Source: Thalia democratica (Eukaryota). Taken from it: 64,000 nucleotides of DNA. The DNA is taken from NCBI GenBank assembly GCA_965202585.1, contig OZ241833.1:44330001-44394000 (forward strand). The letters run 5' to 3'. The notes beneath the pieces are model-generated. The model was not told the origin of the DNA. It was given only the letters and a program-made list of their open reading frames with translations, and ran no database searches. A program made the position numbers and the translations under genes. The stretch's first letter is position 1. Each line of letters begins with the position of its first letter. This document shows positions 25,301 through 37,300 of this stretch, one piece after another.

Positions 25301-28300
25301 ACTTTAGTTTAAACAAGTTAAACTAAAATAGTTTGTTTCACAGAGCTTCATTTAAAAATTAACTAAAATTTACAGAAGTAAATAAACTTCAAACCTAGTA
25401 GTTTTGAATTTAATTTGTCAACTAAGAAGCAATGACTTAAACAAACATTTATATGAAGACTTTGTTACAACTAAGATTTTTTTTTACTTCGAATTTATAG
25501 TCTAGCTTACAAATTACTATACGGTAAATTGAAAAATTGATTAACGTTTACAAACAACTTTTCGTTTCATATTTTATTTATAAGTTTTTATTGTTATTTA
25601 CAGCTGACGGAGTAGGAGGTGATTTTTTAACGACAAACGAAATGAAGGAATTAGGAGATGATTCGATAGTTCCAACTCAGGCTTCACTTCAAGCCGCCGG
25701 AAAGTAAGTTTTTTAGTTGTTTATATTTATTTTTTTTTTGTTTCCGACTCGATAGCTCCTACCCTACCAAAGCTGCTGGAAAATTATTAGTTTAATTGTT
25801 TATTTTAATTTTGTTTGAGAGGACTTTATAGTTTCTACTTAAGCATCTCTACAAACTGCAAGAAAGTAAGTAGTGACTTTATAAAGTTGTAAGATTATAC
25901 TGGTTCCTCAAAAAAATAAAGCTTTTGACAGTGTTAAGAGTACTTGTATATTGTGGTAAGTTTTATGAACAAGTATGTAATTGTGTTAGCATCTACCAAT
26001 TATTGATTTCTTATATTGATTTTATTTAATAAAGTTGCAGCAACTCTGAGTTCTGAGTTCTATAAAAAGATGTGTTAGTAGCTTACTGTCTAGTATTCTT
26101 TAAAAATGTTACACAGTATACTATTACACATTAAGTATTGCAGAAATTATGTTACTTTGAAATTTACTAAGCTCCTTGTCGTTTGAGATAAAGCCTGACT
26201 CCTGTTAAACTTGTTAAAGACTGCTTACTTCATAGTTTGTAGGAATGTCAATAATTTAAGCACTTATTTTTATAAATAATTTATTATTTATACATTATTT
26301 TACATGCAGTGATGCGCGCTACACGGTAGGAAAAGGACCTGGGAGCATCTTGGAAAGGAGATCTTCATTCAACTCATCAATCAGTGGATCTGTTGACAAT
26401 TCGAGGAGTGGAAGCAAAACTGGAGGGTTGGTTTTTTTACAAAAATAATCTATTATTTTTTTAACATTTATAAAATCTTATAATCGAGTAGAAACTACAT
26501 AATTCTTAGTAAAAACGTCCAAAAATGGTTTGAGTGCCTACAGTTCGAATAATTAGTTATAGTGAGTGTAAAAGTATTAGTTAGGGTTATTACTAAGCTA
26601 AAAAGTACAACTGCAGTAAAAGCTTTTATAATCATCATATGGTTGTTACCTATAAAAACCTTAACTATGTATACATTAGTCACAAAAATACCAAATAAAT
26701 TATAAACTGTATTCATTAACCTACTGTATATTAAAAAAGCATAAATTTGAAACAAGGCTGTTTCTATGTATTTTAAATAACTTTACTTTTACCTTGATAT
26801 CACCTACCACAGATTCCAAGTCTCGTTCGTAGTGGATGCGAGAGGGGGCCAGATGAAGTCGAGGAGAAACTCCCAGCTGCGGGTGGTGGTTCCCCCCAAA
26901 GCGTGCACCCAACCGACCCGCATCACGTGCAGGTTCACCAGAAGGAGACCACTGATGTTGTCACAGCAACACCAGAGCAGCAACAACCCCTCCATGTTCG
27001 ACGGGGAGGGGAAGGCCAACAGGGTGATCGAGATCGGGCCCCACGGAACTTCGTTTCTCGAGTGAGGGGATTTTTAAATAAATGTTTTGTTGAACATCAA
27101 ATGTTTGTAATTGTGGTTGTGTAAAAGTGTTATTAAGTTACAGCACATATGATAGGATACACCTGTAGGTTTTAGTGTACGAACCAACGCATTTTTTTGT
27201 GACTTAGAAAACAAGTTATATTTTTGACTTTAATTTTAATATTTTGTTTTAGTTAAGTCAATTTGAGCTTTTTTTTGTTATGGAAATTAAATTTTGTTAT
27301 TTTATTTTTAAACAACTTGCGTTTCTCTTGGCTACTAAACATCAAAATGATTGTTTAACTTGAAAATGACAAAAAAAAACTTATCATTTGAACTGATTTG
27401 AAAAGTATTTTCATATAGCAACTAAAATGTTGTTTTAGTCGCTTATGTTTGAAGATTAAAGCTCGTAAGCAGCACTTTGAAAAACCCTTGATCTAGCTGG
27501 ATTTTGAAATAAAAAGCAGCTTTTTTGCAAGCATCGGCATAAAGCTTTATTACGTCATACGCTAAGAATTTCTTAGAGTTATTCAAATCTGCCCTTTGAA
27601 AGCGAACTTTGTCATTGTGTGATTTTTTTCTTTTTTGTTTATAAAGCTCACTCTTACTTACAATGATTTTATTTTTACTTCAGCTTGAGGTCTTTTTTAA
27701 AAGCTGTTAGTGTCCGTCCATACATTTAACAAGTATTTTATGATTTTCATTTGAAGTTTATCCTAACTAGACTGTTTAGCCACAAACAAAAAATAAACTT
27801 TTGTCATTTTCCATTAAAAAGTCTTTATATTTCTGTTAATTGCGTTTTATACCAGAAATTTAATCTGTTAAATTTTAGTTCCCTACGTTCTCCAAAATCT
27901 TATCCCGAACTAGATGATGTGTCAGGACTAGCCGTTCATGTTCTGCAAATTATTGCGAATAATGAAACAAAATTTGACAAGTAAAAGATAAACCAGCAAT
28001 TATGTAGACAGTTAATTTAGACAAAATCTTAATCATAATACCGTTTTAAATTAAATTTTGACATAACAATAATAATGTCAATATTTATTTTATTTCTTCC
28101 AAAATAGTCAAATGCTTTTAAATTTTGTAAAAATGCTAAGTACATAAATAATTTTTTTTTTTCAACTAATTGGTCATGATCTGATTTACTTATAATAGTC
28201 TCAATAATTTGAATAAACATCACTAATTAGACTTCAAAGAACAAAAAATTAAAAAAAAAATCATGTTAAATATAATATTTTTTACTGTAGCATAGTTTAT

Positions 28301-31300
28301 CTAACATTTTTATAGTTTGTTGTTGATTACCAAGGTAAATGAAGTTGTATTTTACAAAAGAGAGAAAATTTATAAGTTTATGATTGATAAACTTTAGCCT
28401 ATAAGCTTAGAGAGTTATAGTACCAAATATCATGAAATGACATTGGTATTGTTAATTTAAATATGTCTACTAACGTAAAACTAATACTACTGTTCTTATA
28501 GTATTTACATGCTAAACTTCTTATCATTTTGTTCTGAGAACTTTACTAAACCTTCTATAACTTGACCAATTGCAAACTTATAACAATTTTGTTCTTACGT
28601 TCTTACTTTTTTGCACTGGCTAAAACGTTTAAATTTGTATTTTTTTAGTCTCGTGATTAAAAGGAAAAAAAAACATATTTGTGATTTCTTTTCTTTTATG
28701 AAATACTTGATAATTTGCCTTTATTTTTTGTAAATGTTATATTTCAGTTAAGTATTTTCTTATTTTAATAATAAAAGTCCTATGTCAATCAAGACTTATT
28801 TTGTTTATTGTCAAAACGTTTCCTTAAAATGATATAATTAAAAAAATTTTTAAAAAGAAAGAATAAAACATTTTGAAAAAAAAATATCAATCTATAAATA
28901 ATTTTTTTCTATAGCCTACGTGTGTTTAAGCTTATAACAAGCACATTTTTCAGTATTATAGAAACTAGCATGATATTTTTATAATGTTCCACTTCAAATT
29001 ACTGCAACCGCCTCGTTGATAATGATCATATCAAGCTATTTCTGAACCAAGTGTTTTTAACAGACCGGTAGCAATAGAAGTTCCCCACTTCGCTTCACTG
29101 TACAGTAAGACGAGACAACTGGCAGTATTAAGGAGTAACGACGGAGAAACGTGGAAGGAACATAAAGCTCCCTGCAATGAGCATGTATTCAATAAGCAGT
29201 ATGCTTCAGAAGGTTGTTAATTTTAGTTTATCAAATTTATTTAGTTTGTAAGTGTATTACAAGGAACAAGCTTTTAATAAACATTATACATCTGAGCGTT
29301 TTTAGTTTATGAACTTAATAAAAAGCGATTACAAAAAAAAAATGTAGTGAATAAATATAACTTAAAAAAACCGCATTCGAAGTTTATAAGAAACTCCTGG
29401 TAGAAAGTTTTTTTTATTAGAAACTATTAAGTTAAAAAGAACTACTGAAGTAATTAATCAATGTTACGTTGATAAAAATCAAATTTGTTTCACATTTCAA
29501 ACCAGCACTAAAAGTCGGGGAGAAATTCCTTGTTGAAAAACGAGTCAATCGCGTCATAAAATATAATAAGTAACAAATAAAATAAAGAACAATATAAAAT
29601 TCAATCAGCGCTCGAAGTCGGGGAGAAACAGCTTGTTGAAAAACGAGTCGATCGCGTCATAATATACAACAAATAAGTAAAAAATAAAACAATAAACAAA
29701 ATATCACACACAGCACTCGAAGTCGGGGAGAAACTGCTTGTAGAGAAACGCGTCTTGCGCGTCATCACCTCCTCCTTTCCCAGGTACTTCGCCATCGTAT
29801 CCCGCCCCATCGAGAACTCGACGCTGATTGGCGCGGACGGCGGCAACATCCAATCGACGGTGGTAGAGGGCGCCAGAGCGTTCTTCCCGAACGGGGCGTT
29901 GACCAAAAGAATCGCGATCGCGCTGCAAGTAAGCTATATGTAAATTATTATTTTTCTATACAACAAGTTTAATATTTCTGAACATACCTTGTGCAAACCT
30001 TTTTTTTTAAACTCTTATGATAACTTACTTGTTTTTTTCCAAACGGGGCGTTAACCAAAAGAATCGCAATCGCACTGCAGGTAAGTTGGTCTTTGTAGTA
30101 AGATAAATTAACTAAAAACTCAAAAAGTATCAGATGTTTTACCGCTAAGTATTTTTACAAGAAAAACTTAATAAAATACTTTAGTGTATAAATTACTAAG
30201 TGAGTTGTTGACGACTGGTTCAGTTTGATTTGAGCGAGTTATACATAACGAGTTATAATATGATAAATTAATTTAAAAAGCGTTTATTTTTCTTAATTTT
30301 TTTTTTACCACAACGAAATGTTCATTTTGGTTAGATAATTTAACTTAAATATAGAAATATTAGATGTTTTATCGCTAAGTGTTTTCACGAGAAATACTTA
30401 ATAAAATATTTTAAAGTATGAATAGTTAAGTGACAATCGCGCTGAGGTAAATTTCTAAACAATCAGTTTAGTTTGTTTAAAAAAAACGAGCTGTAATGTA
30501 ATAACTCACTTTCAATTGAACTATTTTTTTTTGCCGGCAAATATTTAAAAGCTGACCAAATAAAGAAATAAAAACTTATTATATCTAAAAAAATTCTTTT
30601 TAAGATATAAATTTTAGACAAATAGAGAACTTTTATTATATCTGAAAAAGTATTTTTTTTAACAAAAAATCTTTTCAAAAAGGTGTTACCAGTACCGAGT
30701 GATCTTTGCAAGAGAGCGATAGGATCAAAAGCGAAAGCGAGTTCAATATTAACAATCGAACCGAGAAGAAGAAAATTTCATAAACCAATCAAATTAACCG
30801 TTCCGCTACCAGGTACATAAGTTTAAGTAATTTTTAAGTATTTTTAATACTAGTTATAGATACATACTTTTTCTTTATAATAACTAGGGGAGGTTAAATT
30901 TTTATAAAATTTAAATTTTTAAAAGTTTGTTTTATAATTGTAAATATAATATATGCAAAATCCAAAACGTCAAAGAAAAGAACAAGTTTTTGTAAATATG
31001 TACCGTTTTATTATTTGTTTTAAGTACAATCAATTAAATAAAAATCTTAATAGAGGGAACAAATATGAAAGACTACCTTAGTACAACAGAAGAATCATCA
31101 TTACGCCTTCTTTGTAGTATATCAGGTATTTACATTCAAGAGTAGCCACATTTTGCTTTTATCACGAGTTAATTTAATAAATATTTTAGTTGTTATACTT
31201 TTAGAATTTAACTATTTTGAAAACGTTTTAGTATAAAGCTAAATACAGTCTTAACTTAAACTTTAAATATGTTTGATTTACTTCTAAACTACCTATTTTT

Positions 31301-34300
31301 GAACTACTATTCTTATAGTATTTAATTCTTAGGTGGTGCGGACCCTGCACACTGGGAGGACATTACTGGGTCGACCCCCTTAAATTTCCTTGACAACTGC
31401 GTCTCCTTCACATCCACCGTTTCCGCCAGGTAAATATAAAACTAATAAAGTATAAATACAATGGTTTTTAAATACTTATTTTTGTTATGTTTAAACTTAA
31501 ATTTAAGTTTAGATGGCAAAAAACTATAAAAAAAAACATTTATACAAATTAAAATTATAAAATTTTTGTTTTATAAATTAAAGAACTAGCTTTTGTAACT
31601 TAAGTTGTTAAAAAATATGTTGTCAACTCAAAAGCAATAAAAGTACTTAAAACAAAGTAACCTAAACTTCTTTCCACCCCTTTCAGGTTCTGGCTGATTG
31701 ACTGCAGGAACGCGGTTGACTCGTGCCCCATCGCCCACCAGATATACGCTGAAGCGACCAGGGTGCCGTACATGAGCAGGTTCGTGGTGTACGCCCTGAC
31801 CAGGGACCAGGGACAGGAGGCTGACGTCAGGGTGTTCTGCACCACTGAGAAGAGGTAATTTTTGTTTATTATAATTTGTTTCTAATTTTTTTCATGATTT
31901 TAGTTTTTGTATTTTGTTTTATTGTTACTAGTTATTTAAATTTTATTTATTTATTTTGTTACTGAAAAATGGGTGTTCTGCATCACTGAGAAGAGGTAGC
32001 TGTTATTTTAATATTATTTAATACCATTTTGATGTCTTTTTTTTTGCATTCTATGTTTTACAACTCAGAATATTAGATTCATAGTTGTTTTAATACTATA
32101 ATTTTTTTTGATTTATATACAATCGAAATGCTGTATGCAGTTTCGCATAGCTTAGTGTACTTAGTACTGAAAAATTTTAATTATGATAACGATTATTCTA
32201 AATAACACAAAAGGTTGATTACATTTCCTTAAGTGTCTAAATTCTATTTTAAATGTCCTTAAATACTTTGGTGTTATAGTTTTTTTTAAGCATGATTTTG
32301 TTTTATAAACATTCATTATGTAGAGTTGCAAATGAAAAATGCAAATAAAAAAGTTTTAAAAAATTTTAAAGTTCTCGTGCTTAGTTTCTTGCTTTTAGAA
32401 AATTTGCTGTAGGTTTATCTTAATTCTAAACGTACTTATAATTATCTTTTAAAAGTTTACTTTGCTACATTTTGTAAAACTGAAAAAAATTAAAAAAAGT
32501 TTTCTAACTGCTTCGTTTATATTAAATTATACAAAAAAGTTTTCTTTTATTTATAAGCATAATCAAAAAGAAATCGTTCCATAGTAGTGAACTTTATAAT
32601 TTGTTGGTTTTTAAACTTTAATGAAAGTTTTCACACCTATCACAATAAACAAATATACAAATACTGCTTCATATGTTTTTTTGTATTTTTTTGTAAAATT
32701 TAAGTTTGGCACGCTTTTTAAAGACTTTTTTAAAGATAAGAACTTATTTTACTGCTAAAATTAAGAATACTTTTTACCTAAAACTTTGTTTATTTTATCT
32801 GGTAATGCAACAAAAAAGTTTTTATTAGTTTTTTAAATTGCAACAGTGTATGTTTATTATTTAAAACATGTTTTGTATGACTCACTAGTAATTACACTCT
32901 CAATTCTTTTTTTTAATTTTTGTTAAATCTCAAACTACATAAGTTATAGTATAGACTTAACTACAATACAAACTTTTTTGCGAGAATATAAAACTATAAA
33001 ATGTAGCAGTGTATTTGTTTGTTGTTTACTAGAGAAATTTAAAGCTGTCAATATGTACTAGTTTTATACAAACAAAATATAATCCTCTTATCTATTTAAA
33101 CAGATGTTAATGTTTAACTGTATTATTTTTCAACTTATTAAATTTGCTGTTTCGTTTACAAACACATTAGGGTTGATTTGATTACTGATTTTTATAGCAT
33201 TTTTATCATTATAATGTTGTTTTAATTGGTGATTAATACCAAATTATTTTATTACCACATTAAACTTTCATATGCAAAAAGGTAAAATGACAACGTTATT
33301 TCTGCCTTTTTATATCAAAAATTTTTATTAATGAACTAATGAATGTTTTTGAAAGTTTTTACGACTTAATTTTTACGTGTGTCAATATGTCATTTCAAAT
33401 TATTGTTCTACGTACTAATTCAACTAAATGTTCAACTTTTATTATCGATTTTTTAAAGGCACTTATAAACACTACAGTTTCAAGTATTAACGCATTAATA
33501 AATTTCTAAAGTTTAAGCATTGTAATGTTAAGATCCTTAGTAAGTAAATTTATTTTGAAATTTAAAAAACTTTATCGTGCAAAAACTCTGACACAATAAC
33601 ATCTGTGTCTGACAAAATTTTTAAGTACTAAAGCGTCGCTTCGTAAAATCAAAGATTATCTAAGACATCAGGAAAGTGGTATATGTTTATAAAAGCATAA
33701 AAAGCTACAAGCAAAATGTATCAAAAACTTGTTAATATATAAAAAAAATTAATATATATATAAACTATATAAATAATTAATAAAATATATAAACTTTGTA
33801 AAAAAATAAAGCTACATAACTACAAAAAAGTTGCTTAATATTATACTTATGTACATAACCTATTTTTACCTATACAGAACATCAAAGACGTTAGAGGAGC
33901 GACAGAAGTTCTCGGAGGTGGCACGCAGCAAGGACATTGAGGTGTTCGAGGGAAGCAGCATCTGCGTGGAGTGCAGTGGTAACCTGAACATGGGCAGTAA
34001 AAATTCAAGTAACAACAAGAAGCACGTTTTCAACCCCTTCTCCGAGAACCAGATGCAAATGGTTTTGAAGGTTTGTGGTTACTTTGCTGTGATACAATGA
34101 TTTCTGAACTCTCTGTGAAGTATTATACGTTTTCGTTTGTACAAATTATTTATGTTTCGAATATGTTTGAACTTATTAAGCTAAATTTAAAGTTTTAGAG
34201 AACAAATAAATAAACGTGTTCTTTTCTAACTTTAAATTTAATAATACATGTAATTAATTTGTAAAAAAAATAACGTGTTTTGTAGCTAAATAGCTGTTTT

Positions 34301-37300
34301 TTTTTGTATTCGAACTTTCATTCTGAATTATTTCTCAGGTCAGGGATTCCACCCAAGACCCGTGCGGAAGATTGACGTTCTACAGGGCGTCTGGGGGTCC
34401 TCCTAAAAGTCACGGGGCTCGAAAAACCTTATGTAGTCTCAACATCACACTACCCGCGTTTGATCAGGTAAATGCACTATTAAAATTATTTTATAGTTAT
34501 GGTATTATGTAGCTCATAATAATTACAAATTTTTGTTTTCTAAATAAAAATGCATACAAATTTTAAATTATTGATTAATGCCAGTTTAAAACATTTATGT
34601 AATTTAATTAAACAGCAGATTTTTGAATAACTTTTGAATAGAAAGCAGCTACTCTGCTAAAATGTTAATTAAATCTAGGCATAATTTATAGAACAAAATT
34701 CCTATCAATTTAATAGCTGTAGTTTTACTGTCTATTATAATTGAAGTGTTGAATCGTAAACAAAACTCAATTAAAAAATTGTGTTATCAAATTGCTACTA
34801 GATGATGATAACATTGCATTATCAAAATAAAGCATAACAATTGTATAGATTCAACTAAAAAGAAGAAACGAAAAACATTTTTTGTAATATTTTCAAAGAA
34901 AATATTATGCTAATTCACAGCATCAAAAAGCTTTAATGAAACTTTTTATTCTCACCACATAAATATAATTAAACTAATAATTTTAATTTTGTAATTTATC
35001 ACGTGACTAACGAGCATGCGACACGTGTGACAGGTTTCCGATTCCGAAGGAGAAATGACGCAAGAGGATGTAAAGACGCCGCATAATCAGGTTGTTGTTA
35101 CGTCATAGTTGTAATTTGTCATGTTGTAATTCATCGTGTAATTTAGCTTGCGGTCACTGTTTTAAAAATTAATAAAGTTTCAGCTTCAGTTTGCACAGAT
35201 TTTTTATTCAAATTTAAAAGCATAGAAAACACTTATACAAATTCTACTTTTATTGATTTTATATTTTTATTCAATTTCTTTGCTCAGTCAAAAAAGCTAC
35301 TTGACATTAACTTTAGAGTTGTTTGTAGTTAAAATGGATTTTAAGTTCTTAAAATATTTTAACTGATTTTTCCAATTTATTTTTTATAAAAGTTTTGTAT
35401 GTGTAATGTGTATACTTTAAATTATAGAACTATTTATTAATAACAAAATAACTACAATTAATGATAATAATAATAATTTTCATACCATTAAACTAAACTA
35501 TTTTATAACTATTCAAGATACTCAAGATGAACGATAAAAATCTTATTAAGTGTTATCATTATTCCCATCCCGTATGTATTTATTTTGTTATTTATAAATA
35601 AATATGTATCTAAGATTTGCAAATTTTCAAAACTTACTTGTTAATGATTTAATTAAAAGAAAATTTACGATGAAAATGGTTTTTACATATAGTCTTATTA
35701 GTTTTATTTTACAAAGCAATTTTTTTTCAGCTAAAACCTATAATAGTGTAAAATACATTGTTTTTGTTCAAAAATAACTACTCGGTTTAAAGGCATAAAA
35801 TAAGAAAATTGTATTTTAATGAATAAAGAATTTTTAATAATTTATTTATAATAAAATTTTCAGGAAAACCCAGCTACTCAACCAGATAAGAAGAGATACT
35901 ATCTTGTCGATCCTAAATCAGGTAGTTATTTTATAATATATATATACATATATACAAATAGACACGATGTTTTAAAGTTAGTGTTATATAATTTAGCCTT
36001 TGATATATACGGTAAATAATAAATGGTAGCTGTATAAACTGAAACAGCAATATTGAAAAGGTTTTATTTTTAATAATGTTATAAACTAAAAGTCTTATCT
36101 TCTTCAAAATTTTACATTAAAATCTAATATATTCATTTATATCACAAAAAAAGTACTTTATTTTAGCGCTGCTGTAAAACCAATTTTTTAATTAGCGAAG
36201 CATAAACTCATTTTTACTTTAACGGTATTTTTTATTCGACTATCAGTGCTTCCTTTAATCTTTTTCTTTAAGTAATATATGGACACGAATACTGTTTAAA
36301 TTATAGCAAAATAACAAGTAGTAGCAATCTAGTTTTGTAATGTTTTGGTTTTCCGTCTAACTAGATTTATTTTCGCTTGCTTTCTCTTGGACATTGGTTG
36401 ATCTTCCAAAAAACTGGTAATTTAATTATTCGTTGCACTTGGTTGTTAATACGTGTATGAAAATACCTGTTGAACTTATGTACTTGTGCTTGTTATTGTT
36501 TTGATGTTTGCTTGTTGTCGTTTCGCATCAGTGATCACGCCCGATACCGTCCAATCGCCGTCGGGATTGGCCCGTGACATCCACTCAGTACTGACCCAAC
36601 TCAACGAGGTAAAAACTCTGCTTGAGTCGCCACCCGGTGACAAAACCTCTCGTCCAATCACGGATAAGCATTTACCGAACGAGCCAATCGGAAGCGAGGA
36701 CTGTCAGGTCACAGACGCGTGCGAGGTGGTGGGCGAGGTGAAGAGGGGACTGTCGAAAGTGATGAACATCCTGAGCATGGACGATATTGAGGGCGCTGCT
36801 CAAAAAGTTTTGAACCAGGGAAACTCCCCAAACGTGATAACCAGCACCATCGAGCAGATCGAGAACGACGAGGACCTGAAGCGCTTATTGGCCGACGGCG
36901 CGGAGAGCGTCGACGAAAATCCCCGCGACCAAAACTTCAAGAGCTCCTTCTCCTCGAGCTCCTTGGAGAAAAGGTACTTTGCAGGGAGGCGAAGAAGTTC
37001 ACTCAAGCATGTCTTCAGGAGGTCCTTGTCCTTCGAAGGCGCAAAAACCGTACGCTTCAGCGGCTCCGTGGAAGTCATCAACTCCGGCGTTCCCCTCGGC
37101 TCCAGCCAATCACGGGAGCCGCTCAGACTGACGCCCGTCTCCGATTCGATGAGCAGCTTGCCGAAAGAGGTGAAAAACTTCCCCTCGCCCGGCAGAAGGT
37201 CGAGCTCGGACAGCTCGTTGGACTCGGTGACTGAGAACTGCCAGAACTTCCTGAGGGACTTTTACTGCAGGGTGGACCCGTCGAAAAGCTTCCAGGAGAG

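Noticed and set aside
6716-30086. Echoes as currently used mutually exclusive exons
   Set aside because: They lack an in-frame acceptor (43-nt product at 6716-type copies, no AG before 30033), some contain stops or indels (25819, 20940, 52447) or dead donors; not fully excluded without RNA data
10139-34100. ORF-track entries such as 10215-10481, 11352-11630, 18508-18726, 26832-27065, 29755-29943 and 33831-34100 as independent genes
   Set aside because: Each is an ankyrin exon extended into flanking intron; minus-strand partners are antisense shadows
36486-36531. Signal-peptide-like N-terminus ([15 protein letters not shown]) of the 4468-aa ORF, suggesting a stand-alone secreted protein
   Set aside because: It is translated UG/pyrimidine-rich intron upstream of a phase-compatible acceptor (gcatcag at 36531), the start is GTG, and the ORF sits between the UPA and death-domain exons
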